Assembly (NCBI GenBank): GCA_964611155.1
Contig: CAZSXB010000004.1
Location: forward strand, 915 to 64,914
Direction of reading: 5' to 3'
From: an uncultured Thermotogaceae bacterium
GTDB lineage: Bacteria > Thermotogota > Thermotogae > Petrotogales > Kosmotogaceae
Length of the DNA stretch: 64,000 bases
Every line of letters starts with the position of its first letter. The stretch's first letter is position 1. Made by a program: the position numbers and the translations under genes. Under the pieces are notes generated by a model. The model ran no database searches. It saw only the letters and a program-made list of their open reading frames with translations, and was not told the DNA's origin. Below, one piece after another: positions 33,623 through 43,389 of the stretch.

Positions 33623-36600
33623 TTAATATTGCTTTGCAGTGTTCTTGACTGAAAGGTGATCGACAAGGTCGTAAATAATCGGCATGAAGAACAGTGTGAA
33701 TAGCATACCCACGGCAAGACCGCCAATTATCATTATTGCAAGCGTTCGGTTGATCTCGGATCCTTCGGCCCGGGAAAAAGCCATCGGTATCAAAGCCATT
33801 GCAGTGGTAAGCGTAGTCATGATGATCGGTCTTGAGCGGATCTCTGCTCCTTCAATGATTGCCTGCCTTTTCGGAAGTCCCTGCTTAAAACGCAGGTAGT
33901 TGATGTTCGTAACCATTACTATACCGTTGTTCACTGTAAGCCCCGCAACAGTAAGCATACCTATCAGGGCACTGATATCTAGATCCAGGCCGAGTACGTA
34001 AGTCACCAGGGTTACACCTACGAGGGACATCGGAATAGTGAAGAAGATGATCAGCGGATATACGAAAGACTCAAACTGAGCACCGATTATAAGATACATC
34101 AGTACAATGCCAATTATGAGAGCTATGATGAACTGGTCAAAAGCTTCGTGCATAAGATGCGCCTGGCCACCTACAGCTTTTCTCATGGAAGCGATTTCCT
34201 CATCTTGGTCGAGCAGGTCCATGACTTCCTGCTCTGCATCACTGAGCGGTCTGTCTGCTACGTTGGCCTGTACAAGTGAAATTCTTTGGCCACCCCGGTG
34301 GAATATCGTCATGGGACTCTCAGCTACTTCAATGGAAGATATCATGCCCAGGTAAACATCGTCCCCTATCATTGACGGGATTTCCAGTCTTTCGATCTTC
34401 TCAGAAGTCAGTTCTTGGACAGATTGGTAGACCTTTATTGGTAGAGTTACGCCATCGACAAAGATGCTACCAGCATCGAGACCGATCGTATAAGGCTGCA
34501 GGGCACCTACTGCCTGCATGAAGTAGACACCGGACAATAAAGCCCTGCTTCTATCAATACTTACCTGATAAGCAAGGTGTTTCTGATCGAAGGAGGTGCT
34601 GAAGTCCTGAAGGCCTTCCACATCAGAAATGAGAGACATAACCCTTTCGGTCATGTTTTCAAGCTTTTCCAGGTTTTGCTCGTAGAGAGTTATGACAATA
34701 TCCTTGCCAAAGAGAGCCTCCAGCTGCAAACCCTCGTAACTCAAGTCTATTATTGCATTCCATTCATCTAGCAGCGGTACCAATGAATCACGTATTTCTG
34801 CTGCCAGCTGCTCTGACGTCTTGAGTCGATCCGTCGGAGGAACCAGGGATACTTGAATACTACCCATATTCTCTGCTCCACCAAGAAGAGCGCTTATGAT
34901 GTCGCCTGTTTGACCGCTGGTGCTGTAGATCTGTGTTATATGGTAGCTATCTTTGTTCTCAAGAAGGTAATGCTCAGCTTCAGCTATTGCGCCTGCAGTA
35001 ACATGGAATGGCGAGTTTTCTGGAAGTGTGAGATTGACGGTTATCATGCTACTGTCAATCCTTGGTATGAAATCCAGTCCCTTCAACAAGAGACCGACAA
35101 ATCCCAGGGCAAACACCAGCAAGAAGATGCCTACAGTAGCAAGTTTTCTTTTCAAGAGGAACTGAATCGTCTTTGAATACCACACACCTGTCTTCACTGA
35201 ACGCTTCTTCTTACATTTGACGAACCGCATCAGACCGGGGATGATCGTGAACGCGACCAGGAGGGACCCTGCAAGCGTAAACGCCAGGGCAAGAGCAAAG
35301 AACTTGAAGACCTGGGCAGCGAAACCTGTGATGAAGGCAAAAGGAATAAACATCGCGAGAGTTGTCGCGGTTGAAGCGATTATCGCGCCGGCAACCTCAC
35401 CCCCGCCGGTTCCAGCTGCTTCTGGGACACTCCTGCCTCTTTCCAGATATCTGTATATCGCTTCAAGTACAACGATACTGTTGTCGACGAGCATACCGAC
35501 ACCCATGGTGAGTCCGCCCACTGTCATTAGATCGAGCCCGAGACGGCTGAAGAACATGAAAACAAGCGCCATCGTAAGTGACAGGGGAATGGAAGCTGCA
35601 ATGATCAGTGTAGCACCAAGGTTTCTGAGAAAAATGAATATCACGATCGTTGCTACGATCGCACCCATCAGCAGATTTCTGAAAAGGCCACTGATAGCGC
35701 TCTCGGTGAAAATGCTCGTATCGGTTATCGTGTATACAGTAGCCTTGGGGTGAAGCTCTTGCCAGTACTCGATCGCCTGCCTTATTCCTCGAGCTACTTC
35801 AACAGTATTGGCTCCTCCTTGTCGAAAGACAACGAGGACAGAAGCATCTTCAGCGTTGACCCTGACAGTTCCCCTGAGAGGAACATCGACAATAGATACA
35901 GAAGCAATTTGGTTCAATCTGACGGGTATAAGCACGTCAGGCAGATCAAGGTTGAATCCTCCTTGAAGAGTTGCCGCGGTATTCATGAGGCTACCCATTC
36001 CACGGAAACCAATAATCGTGCAAGCGAGTTCATCTATGCTTGTGAAGTTAGTGTTTACGGATAGAGTATAATACCTTCCTTCTTCTTCCAGTCTACCGAA
36101 AGGGTAACGAACGCCTGGTTCAAGAAGCATACGCAGTACATCAAATGGTATATCATATTCTTGAAGCTTCCCTTCCTTAATCTCAACCCTGATTTCTCTG
36201 TCTGGCACTCCCATTCTGTCTACATTAGCAACACCTTCAACTTGTGAAACTGCGATTCTCAGATCATCTGACAATTGAAGGAGCTCGTCGGAAGCAGGTG
36301 CAGATACGCCCAGGATGTAGACAGGAAGAAGTGCTGGGTTAAGCTCAAAAATCATTGGACGGGCTCCTTCAGGGAGCTCGCCAGAAAATGCGTCGACCGC
36401 TTCCCGGACTTTGAGCAAAGCATGAGCCATATCGGTTCCTGGATCGAACTCTATTTCGACGACCGAAAACCCATCCATTGAGCGCGAAGTGATCTCCTTG
36501 ATACCACCCACCATCATGATTGCGCCCTCAAGAGTATTCGTGACATTTGCTTCAACTTCCTCAGGCCCCGCTCCGATATACGGGGTCAATACAACCGCAA

Positions 36601-36736
36601 AAGGAACATCAATCATCGGAAGAAGATCTACAGGAAGCTCCTGCCAGGCAAGCACCCCAAGAAAAACTGCAACACTCATCAGGAGAATGACTGCAACTGG
36701 TCGTTTCGAAACAGACGAAAGTAGCTTATTCCACAT
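33623..36736 (-). CDS. AcrB/HAE1-type RND efflux permease
   Basis: 1037 aa with a 12-TM layout and two large extracytoplasmic loops. AcrB-family sequence throughout. Confidence 0.92.
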   Translation of the reverse strand: MWNKLLSSVSKRPVAVILLMSVAVFLGVLAWQELPVDLLPMIDVPFAVVLTPYIGAGPEEVEANVTNTLEGAIMMVGGIKEITSRSMDGFSVVEIEFDPGTDMAHALLKVREAVDAFSGELPEGARPMIFELNPALLPVYILGVSAPASDELLQLSDDLRIAVSQVEGVANVDRMGVPDREIRVEIKEGKLQEYDIPFDVLRMLLEPGVRYPFGRLEEEGRYYTLSVNTNFTSIDELACTIIGFRGMGSLMNTAATLQGGFNLDLPDVLIPVRLNQIASVSIVDVPLRGTVRVNAEDASVLVVFRQGGANTVEVARGIRQAIEYWQELHPKATVYTITDTSIFTESAISGLFRNLLMGAIVATIVIFIFLRNLGATLIIAASIPLSLTMALVFMFFSRLGLDLMTVGGLTMGVGMLVDNSIVVLEAIYRYLERGRSVPEAAGTGGGEVAGAIIASTATTLAMFIPFAFITGFAAQVFKFFALALAFTLAGSLLVAFTIIPGLMRFVKCKKKRSVKTGVWYSKTIQFLLKRKLATVGIFLLVFALGFVGLLLKGLDFIPRIDSSMITVNLTLPENSPFHVTAGAIAEAEHYLLENKDSYHITQIYSTSGQTGDIISALLGGAENMGSIQVSLVPPTDRLKTSEQLAAEIRDSLVPLLDEWNAIIDLSYEGLQLEALFGKDIVITLYEQNLEKLENMTERVMSLISDVEGLQDFSTSFDQKHLAYQVSIDRSRALLSGVYFMQAVGALQPYTIGLDAGSIFVDGVTLPIKVYQSVQELTSEKIERLEIPSMIGDDVYLGMISSIEVAESPMTIFHRGGQRISLVQANVADRPLSDAEQEVMDLLDQDEEIASMRKAVGGQAHLMHEAFDQFIIALIIGIVLMYLIIGAQFESFVYPLIIFFTIPMSLVGVTLVTYVLGLDLDISALIGMLTVAGLTVNNGIVMVTNINYLRFKQGLPKRQAIIEGAEIRSRPIIMTTLTTAMALIPMAFSRAEGSEINRTLAIMIIGGLAVGMLFTLFFMPIIYDLVDHLSVKNTAKQY

Positions 36737-36899
36737 CCTTCTCGCTCCTAGAAAGGGATGAAAGGACAGCTTATCAAGTAAAGCATAACATATGGAGAAA
36801 TCCGGTGAATCTGGAAAGTGTCAGATGCTTAATGAATTCGATACCCGTGAACGTTCTTGTTTTAAATAGACGTGATAGAATCTAGCTTATATTTGAGGT

Positions 36900-39206
36900 G
36901 TGGTGTGCTTCTGTGAGAAGAAAATGAAGTCGAGATTCAAGACAGCCATTGGAACTCCAACCATATTCCTTAACTCCATATCCAGAGCACTAAGCCATTT
37001 CAGCATCGATCATCCAGTGGTGATTATTGCCATAAGCCTTGCTGTTGCGCTTTTTTTCACGGTTCGGGTAGGTACGTTGAGATTCGAGACTGACATCACA
37101 AACCTTGCAGATGGATCCACAGAGGTTTCCAGGGATATCGAGCGAGCTGCGAGAGATTTCATCATCGGTGATCCTGTAAGACTTGTTCTAGTCGGTGATG
37201 CAACTGATCCTTCTGTATTGCTGCATGCGAAGAAGACAGCAGAAGCCTTACGTGACATTCAGAATGTTTTCCGGGTCGAGACTCCTTTCGATGCATCTTA
37301 CCACATTCTGGAAGGGCTCAATGTTGCTTCCCATCCTGTGATTACTGCCTTTCCAGCCACTGCGGAGGAAGTTGAAGCGTTCCTGGATGATCTTTCAAGG
37401 AGTTATTCATCGAAACACATGATCAGTGAATCAAGAGACGCGCTTCTGTTCAATCTTTTCATAAGGGGTGGCGTTGGCTTGCGTGGAAGAAACGCTATCT
37501 CAGAAGCTGAGGCGCTTCTTGAAGAACTCTGGGGGCAAGAGAACTATTACCTTTCCGGAGAAATATACCTGGGATACTCTGTTGATAGAACTGTCATCAG
37601 AGACGTCAGAGTTCTATTTCCAATGTCTGTTATGCTCTTCTCAATTGTAATCCTACTATCTTTCAGATCAGTCGCAGGTCTTCTTGTGATTGGCAGTACA
37701 GTGCTATTCACGGTTTTCAGCACTCTAGGATTCATGGCATGGAGAGCAACTCCATTAACAATTGTCAGTGCCACACTCCCTGTACTTCTTGTTGCTCTGG
37801 CGAGCGCTGATGGTATTCATGTTTTCAGTAGATACAGAGAATCTTCGGGAGAAGCGCCAGACAAAAAGACTGCTCTAAAGTCAGCAATGGATTCGCTGGC
37901 TGCTCCCATATTCATGACTTCTTTGACTACCGCAGCGGGCTTCGCAGCTCTCATGACGTCTTCTGTAATACCTGTCCGGGATTTCGGTTTTTATAGCATG
38001 TTTGGGATTCTTGCAGCCATGCTCTTTTCTCTGTCCACGCTACCTGCGATCCTGGCAGTTTTACCTCAACCGAGGTCCAGGAAAGCGAAGAGCGATTCCT
38101 TTTCACTTGGAAAACTGCTGGAGTTTGCGGCAACCAGCAGCCAGAAGCACTGGAAGTTCATTCTGGCTGTTGTCACCTCAGTGGTGCTGTTCTCTGTATT
38201 AGGCGTGTTCAGACTGGATTTTGAATCAAATCTGGCCAGGTATTTCAGGAAAGGCAGTACTGTCTCTTCAGGAATAATGGAGTACGAAGAGAGATTTGGC
38301 GGATCGTCCATGCTCCTGATAGTAGTCGATTCAGGCGATGAGGCAGGGGCGGTCCAGCCAGCATTTCTTGAGATGCTTAAGCTCATGCAGAACAGGGTTG
38401 AGAGTTATCCACTGTTCTCGCGAACCAGTTCAATCGTAAGTCTTGCTGAAGGGATCAGTCCTTATGGACTCGCGCTGGTCTTTGGAACGGTTCTTCATGG
38501 AAGGGTTGGAGACATAAACGTCTATGGCTACCTTAGTAGAGACGGAATGAGAAAAGCTGTTATACACACGCACATATACAGTGCGAAAACATCTGAGATA
38601 TCACAAACAATCGGGAGACTGGAAAGTGAGCTCAACAAGATCGCTCTCCCGGGGGTCAGGGTAATTGTTGCAGGAACACCGAAAGTTGTTGAACTTCACA
38701 TGAAGGAATTCGCATCCAGCCAGATCAAGAGCATAATCATTTCCGGTGGTGCCGTGTGGTTCATCGTTTCCTTTCTCTTTGTGTCTTTTGGTGTGGGAAG
38801 CCTTTCAATGGTACCACTTTGTCTTTCTGTGCTCGTGAATTTCGGAATAATGGGTATCGCAGGGATTCCTCTGGACGCTGCAACCATTCTGGTGGCCAGC
38901 ATATCTATCGGAGTTGGTGTGGATTACTCAATTCATCTTCTGAAGAGACTAATTGAAGACAAGAAACGATCTGGTGAAGGACAGGAGTTATTCCGAGTTT
39001 CGGTTAGAAGCGTTGGTCGGGCTATAATAATTAACACCATTACACTATTCGCAGGGTTCATGGTATTTGCTTTTTCGTCATTCCTCACTGTTGCATACTT
39101 CGGTATTCTTACGGCCATGACTCTTCTGATCAGCTGTATTACCTCGCTGGCGGTTATTCCGGCGATTCTTGCAGTGCCTGAAAGAATAAAACGGACAGCC
39201 CGCTAG
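36900..39206 (+). CDS. MMPL/SSD-type RND-superfamily exporter
   Basis: 768 aa with two 6-TM bundles, each containing SSD-like segments (ADGIHVFSRY; GVGVDYSIHLLKRL). The start is uncertain: GTG 36900 or ATG 36924. Confidence 0.8.
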   Translation: MVCFCEKKMKSRFKTAIGTPTIFLNSISRALSHFSIDHPVVIIAISLAVALFFTVRVGTLRFETDITNLADGSTEVSRDIERAARDFIIGDPVRLVLVGDATDPSVLLHAKKTAEALRDIQNVFRVETPFDASYHILEGLNVASHPVITAFPATAEEVEAFLDDLSRSYSSKHMISESRDALLFNLFIRGGVGLRGRNAISEAEALLEELWGQENYYLSGEIYLGYSVDRTVIRDVRVLFPMSVMLFSIVILLSFRSVAGLLVIGSTVLFTVFSTLGFMAWRATPLTIVSATLPVLLVALASADGIHVFSRYRESSGEAPDKKTALKSAMDSLAAPIFMTSLTTAAGFAALMTSSVIPVRDFGFYSMFGILAAMLFSLSTLPAILAVLPQPRSRKAKSDSFSLGKLLEFAATSSQKHWKFILAVVTSVVLFSVLGVFRLDFESNLARYFRKGSTVSSGIMEYEERFGGSSMLLIVVDSGDEAGAVQPAFLEMLKLMQNRVESYPLFSRTSSIVSLAEGISPYGLALVFGTVLHGRVGDINVYGYLSRDGMRKAVIHTHIYSAKTSEISQTIGRLESELNKIALPGVRVIVAGTPKVVELHMKEFASSQIKSIIISGGAVWFIVSFLFVSFGVGSLSMVPLCLSVLVNFGIMGIAGIPLDAATILVASISIGVGVDYSIHLLKRLIEDKKRSGEGQELFRVSVRSVGRAIIINTITLFAGFMVFAFSSFLTVAYFGILTAMTLLISCITSLAVIPAILAVPERIKRTAR

Positions 39207-39234
39207 TTGCCGAAGAGCTTCATTTGCATATAAT
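39207..39234 (+). promoter_or_regulatory. candidate promoter of the PfkB kinase gene
   Basis: TTGCCG (39207-39212), 16-nt spacer, TATAAT (39229-39234), 30 nt before ATG 39265. Confidence 0.45.
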
Positions 39235-39264
39235 CCTTGTGGTAACTGCAGACGGAGGGATGAG

Positions 39265-40152
39265 ATGGCAGTAGCAATCTGTGGTAACGTAAACACCGAT
39301 ATCAATGCATTTGTGATCACTCCAGATCGTGAAGAAGACAATAGAGTCACAAAGCTGACCATAGGGGCCGGAGGTACCGCAGCAAACACAGCAGTACACC
39401 TTGCGCGAATCGGTGAAGAGGTATTCTTATACTGCTCTCTTGGAAGAGATGTTTTTGCCCAGTTTCTGAAAGGCAAGCTGGCTGAAGAGGGAGTCAAAGT
39501 CTTTGGCAGCTCGGTTCCTGATCTTCCTACGGGTCTTTGCTTTTCCAGAGTGAACAAGGAAGGCGAAAGAAAGCTGTTTACTTACAGGGGAGCCAACGAA
39601 CTCATCAATGCTCAATCGGTCAATGATTCTGCCGATGTAGTATATTTTGCAGGAATAGACCCAGAGCAGTTGAAAGGGTTCTTCGAAGGTTCATCAAGAA
39701 GAAGGGAAGTAGCTTATTCGCCCGGAGGAATCGTATCATTCGAAAAGCCAGAAAGTGTCATTGAGGTCTCAAAGGACATTGATCATTTCATAGTCAACGA
39801 GAGGGAACATAAATTCCTTTCTGAAAGGGGCAGCATACTTTCGGCAAACGTAGTAGTTACCCTGGGAGATAAAGGCGCCAGAGTAGTGGGAACTGGCACT
39901 GAAGAAAGAGCCTATCCTGCAAGTGTAGTGGATACGACCGGCGCAGGCGACTGCTTCTCGGCCGGATATCTCTTCGGACTGGCCCGGGGATTTTCGGAGA
40001 GAAGCCGTCTGAAACTGGGTAATATACTGGGTGCCCTCTCTGTATCAGTTGAAGGTGCTCAAGGCGTTTTCACAATAGAGAAGCTCCGGGACTTCTTGAA
40101 TGATCAAGAACCAGAGCTTCTCCAGATGATTGACAGCACCTTGTGTCAGTAG
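39265..40152 (+). CDS. PfkB-family carbohydrate kinase (ribokinase-like)
   Basis: GAGGTAANTA and PfkB signature [16 protein letters not shown] is GGAGGGA. Confidence 0.85.
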   Translation: MAVAICGNVNTDINAFVITPDREEDNRVTKLTIGAGGTAANTAVHLARIGEEVFLYCSLGRDVFAQFLKGKLAEEGVKVFGSSVPDLPTGLCFSRVNKEGERKLFTYRGANELINAQSVNDSADVVYFAGIDPEQLKGFFEGSSRRREVAYSPGGIVSFEKPESVIEVSKDIDHFIVNEREHKFLSERGSILSANVVVTLGDKGARVVGTGTEERAYPASVVDTTGAGDCFSAGYLFGLARGFSERSRLKLGNILGALSVSVEGAQGVFTIEKLRDFLNDQEPELLQMIDSTLCQ

Positions 40153-40733
40153 TTCTCTGAAAGCAGCTCGAAGTGGCTTCTGGGGTGTTTGCAGGCGGGG
40201 CACGTTTCTGGCGCTTCTGATCCTTCAACAACATATCCGCAGTTCCTGCATTTCCAGACAGCATTCTCAGGTTTCAGGAAGACCTGATTCTTCTCAACGT
40301 TTTCTGCAAGCTTGAGATAACGGATCTCGTGCTTCTTTTCCACTTTTGCGATCTGCCTGAAAGAGTTGGCGATATCTCTGAACCCTTCTTCTTCTGCGAT
40401 GTCCGCGAACCGAGGATACAATTGTGTCCATTCTTCATTCTCTCCTGCAGCGGCAGCCTTGAGGTTTTCTAGCGTCGTTCTGAGTTCAACAGGATAATCA
40501 GCATTGACGTTGATCATCAGGGGCAGGTCATCCACATTTTCCACGATGTGTTTGTAGAATACCTTTGCGTGCTCCTTTTCATTATCGGCAGTTTCAATGA
40601 AAAGGGCAGATATCTGTTCATAGCCTTCCTTTTTCGCGATCGAAGCGAAATAAGTGTAACGGTTCCTTGCCTGAGATTCTCCGGCAAATGCTTTCATTAG
40701 ATTACCGAGGGTTCTTGTACCATTTAGCTTCAC
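40146..40733 (-). CDS. rbr: rubrerythrin
   Basis: Ferritin-like diiron helices ([23 protein letters not shown]) plus a C-terminal rubredoxin CRNCGY...CPACKHP. GTG 40733 lies 5 nt after GGAGGTG. Confidence 0.9.
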   Translation of the reverse strand: MKLNGTRTLGNLMKAFAGESQARNRYTYFASIAKKEGYEQISALFIETADNEKEHAKVFYKHIVENVDDLPLMINVNADYPVELRTTLENLKAAAAGENEEWTQLYPRFADIAEEEGFRDIANSFRQIAKVEKKHEIRYLKLAENVEKNQVFLKPENAVWKCRNCGYVVEGSEAPETCPACKHPRSHFELLSENY

Positions 40734-40798
40734 GTAAACACCTCCATTATATTGAAGATAATGATTTCTAAAACTACTCACAATGCTTGATTGATCTC

Positions 40799-42310
40799 TC
40801 AGAAGAAGCCTTCCGGCAAATCCCTGTTATCGACAAATCTCTCTGACAAAGACTCAATATGTGCTTCAATTCCCAGGAAAGCCTCCACAACAAGAGGATC
40901 GAAGGCTTTTCCAGAAGCCTCTCTTATTGTCTTCACGGCCTCTAGATGACTTCTCTTATGTGTGTATGGTCTTGGAGCTCGCATTGCTGCGTAGGAGTCA
41001 CAGACCGCCATGATTCTCGCAGATAACGGAATCCGGTCCGACTTCAAACCCTTTGGATAGCCACTTCCATTGTACCTTTCGTGGTGATTCCGTGCCACCT
41101 CTTTCGAGAACTCAAGGCCAGGATGATTCCAACCCTGCTCTTTCGTGAGTGCATCGATCAACTCTCCTCCTTTTTCTGGATGTTTCAGTACAGAGTTCCA
41201 TTCATCTTCGTTCAACGGGCTCTCTTTGAGCAACACTGACCGGTCTATCGTCAGCATTCCCATGTCGTAGAAGTACACAGCAAATCTTATGTGAGAAAGA
41301 AAACTGGCATCAAATGGCCTGTAGTTCTGATACAGAAATGAACTAATCATCGTAGCACATTCCCTCGTGAGAGAGAGGCGAAGGCGATGATCGGTTCGTG
41401 AGAAGAAAGAGGCTCCGAAAATCGCACGACCTAAAAGCTCAAGAAGCCGCGTCCTCTCATTTCTCAAACGCATAAGACGGGATATGTTTCTTGCAATTCC
41501 CACAAACTTTCTCTTCGAAGCACTTCCTGAAACTGGTGCAATCGAAATAGTGTAAGCTTCGTCTTTGTTCTCTGAAAGGTGAATTGGTTCACCGGATGAA
41601 GAGGGCCCGTTATGACGACTTCGGTCGAGTATCTCTCTCAATGCTTGAGCCTGCTTGGGTAGCAAAAAGTCTTCAGGTTTTCGTTCGAGTACCTGATTAT
41701 GGGCGCGACGCACGGCCCTGAGAAATGCTCTGTTAACTCTGACAAACCTGTGTTCCTCATCCTGAATCCAGAGAAGATCCGAAGACAGCTCGAATACGGT
41801 CTCCAGAACAATATCGTTCTCATGCAGGCTTGCCAAATTGAGTTTGGACAAGTGTAGTGTTACAATTCCCGAGATTATCGTCATCAGGTTCTGAACCACA
41901 GGATCTTCCTTGTCGAGATTATCACTGACCGCCACTATAGATCCTTGAGTCTCTCGATCAAGCATTACTGGGAAGGTCTGAAAGCAGTACTCTCTTCTTG
42001 TGAGGAACTCATCAACCGTGATACCCCTTCTGAAGAATGAATGCTGATTCGAAAAGTCAGCGGAATCGTGGGGAAGCTCGAATTCGGCCTTGTTTACGGA
42101 AACAGGTTCCTGAGAATCTCTTGTGACTATGGTGACTTTCAGACACCGTTCTTCCCTCAACAGAAAGATGAGGCCTTTGAGTATATCATTCAGCACCAGG
42201 TCTACTGAAAGGTTATTTAGCATATCCATGAATTCGCTGTGCCGCATTGAAGATTGCTGTACACGGTGAAAGCAATCCAAAGCAGTTGTGACAAAACTCC
42301 ACTTAGTCAT
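40799..42310 (-). CDS. PAS-containing HD-GYP-domain protein (HD dyad degenerate)
   Basis: [14 protein letters not shown] is an HD-GYP signature. The position of LHDIGK reads FYDMGM. ATG overlaps the CDF stop by 8 nt. Confidence 0.85.
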   Translation of the reverse strand: MTKWSFVTTALDCFHRVQQSSMRHSEFMDMLNNLSVDLVLNDILKGLIFLLREERCLKVTIVTRDSQEPVSVNKAEFELPHDSADFSNQHSFFRRGITVDEFLTRREYCFQTFPVMLDRETQGSIVAVSDNLDKEDPVVQNLMTIISGIVTLHLSKLNLASLHENDIVLETVFELSSDLLWIQDEEHRFVRVNRAFLRAVRRAHNQVLERKPEDFLLPKQAQALREILDRSRHNGPSSSGEPIHLSENKDEAYTISIAPVSGSASKRKFVGIARNISRLMRLRNERTRLLELLGRAIFGASFFSRTDHRLRLSLTRECATMISSFLYQNYRPFDASFLSHIRFAVYFYDMGMLTIDRSVLLKESPLNEDEWNSVLKHPEKGGELIDALTKEQGWNHPGLEFSKEVARNHHERYNGSGYPKGLKSDRIPLSARIMAVCDSYAAMRAPRPYTHKRSHLEAVKTIREASGKAFDPLVVEAFLGIEAHIESLSERFVDNRDLPEGFF

Positions 42311-43238
42311 CGTTCTTCCTCTGAATGTCGCTGTCGTCTATACCATAATTTTCGTCTTCAATGTTTCCTGTGGGTTCAATATGCACGTGTACATCGTAGA
42401 TGCCTTCATTTGCGTTCTTGATAGCTCGTTCCGCACGTTTTGAGACTGCATGTGCCTGTCTTACTGAAAGGGTTGGGTCCACTTCTATGTCGAGATCCAC
42501 AAGATATTTGCTTCCCATCTTGCGAATTCTCATTTTGTGGGGATTGATAACACCGGGAACATCCTTCAGTCTATGGAAGACGTCCTGGTATATCGGGTTC
42601 TTTGCAGGAATTCCGTCCATCAGCTCATAGCTTGTCTCAAAGAAGACACTCAGTGCTGTCCTTATGATCATCACAGAGACCAGGATTCCCAAAATGGCGT
42701 CAAAAGCGACTATTCCTGTGAGCTGTACCATGAGCAGTCCAACAAATACAGAGCCTGAAATCCAGACATCTGACCGCATATTCAGCGCATAGGCTATGAA
42801 AACAGAACTGTCAATCTTCTTCCCTATGTGTTTCTTATACCTGTACAGAGCGTACTTTGCGACAGCAGAGAGTCCCGAAATTGACAAAGCAAGTGTCACC
42901 CTCTCTATTCTGTAGGAATCCCCAAAGAGCTTGCCAAATGAAGAGAGAGCCAACTGAGCGCCTGCAAAGAAGATTAGCATGGCTATGACTTTTGCTGCGA
43001 CGGTCTCTGCTCGTTCATGACCATATGGATGGTCGCGGTCGGGCGGTTTGCTTGCAATGGCGGATGAAACATATGTCACGACAGATGTTGTTGCATCAAA
43101 AGAAGAATCGATACCATCTGCGAGGACTGCCATACTGCCTGAGAGAAGGCCTATCACGATTTTGGCAGTAGAAAGGGTAGCATTTGCGACCAGGCTGATC
43201 GCGGAAGCTCGAAATGCAACATGTTTACGATCTATCAA
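42303..43238 (-). CDS. cation diffusion facilitator (CDF) family metal transporter
   Basis: Six-TM core with the HPYGHERAE loop motif and a C-terminal cytoplasmic domain. TTG start 5 nt after GGAGGAG. Confidence 0.9.
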   Translation of the reverse strand: MIDRKHVAFRASAISLVANATLSTAKIVIGLLSGSMAVLADGIDSSFDATTSVVTYVSSAIASKPPDRDHPYGHERAETVAAKVIAMLIFFAGAQLALSSFGKLFGDSYRIERVTLALSISGLSAVAKYALYRYKKHIGKKIDSSVFIAYALNMRSDVWISGSVFVGLLMVQLTGIVAFDAILGILVSVMIIRTALSVFFETSYELMDGIPAKNPIYQDVFHRLKDVPGVINPHKMRIRKMGSKYLVDLDIEVDPTLSVRQAHAVSKRAERAIKNANEGIYDVHVHIEPTGNIEDENYGIDDSDIQRKNDD

Positions 43239-43361
43239 TACTGCTCCTCCAAAGCAAGAGTAGAGGGACTGACTGCTGAGTAAAAGGCGAGCTTGTCAAC
43301 GATGAACAACTCTTCTGCAAGAGAAGTCATAAATGTACCTTACCCCCCTTTTTTCCTAGTT

Positions 43362-43389
43362 GATACGGGCTCCGGCCCGTATCTTTTTT
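43362..43389 (+). terminator. strong hairpin + T6 oriented on the plus strand, with no plus-strand gene upstream
   Basis: GATACGGGC-TCCG-GCCCGTATC is a perfect 9-bp stem followed by TTTTTT. It lies between two minus-strand genes. The T-run overlaps the amylase stop codon. Confidence 0.4.
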
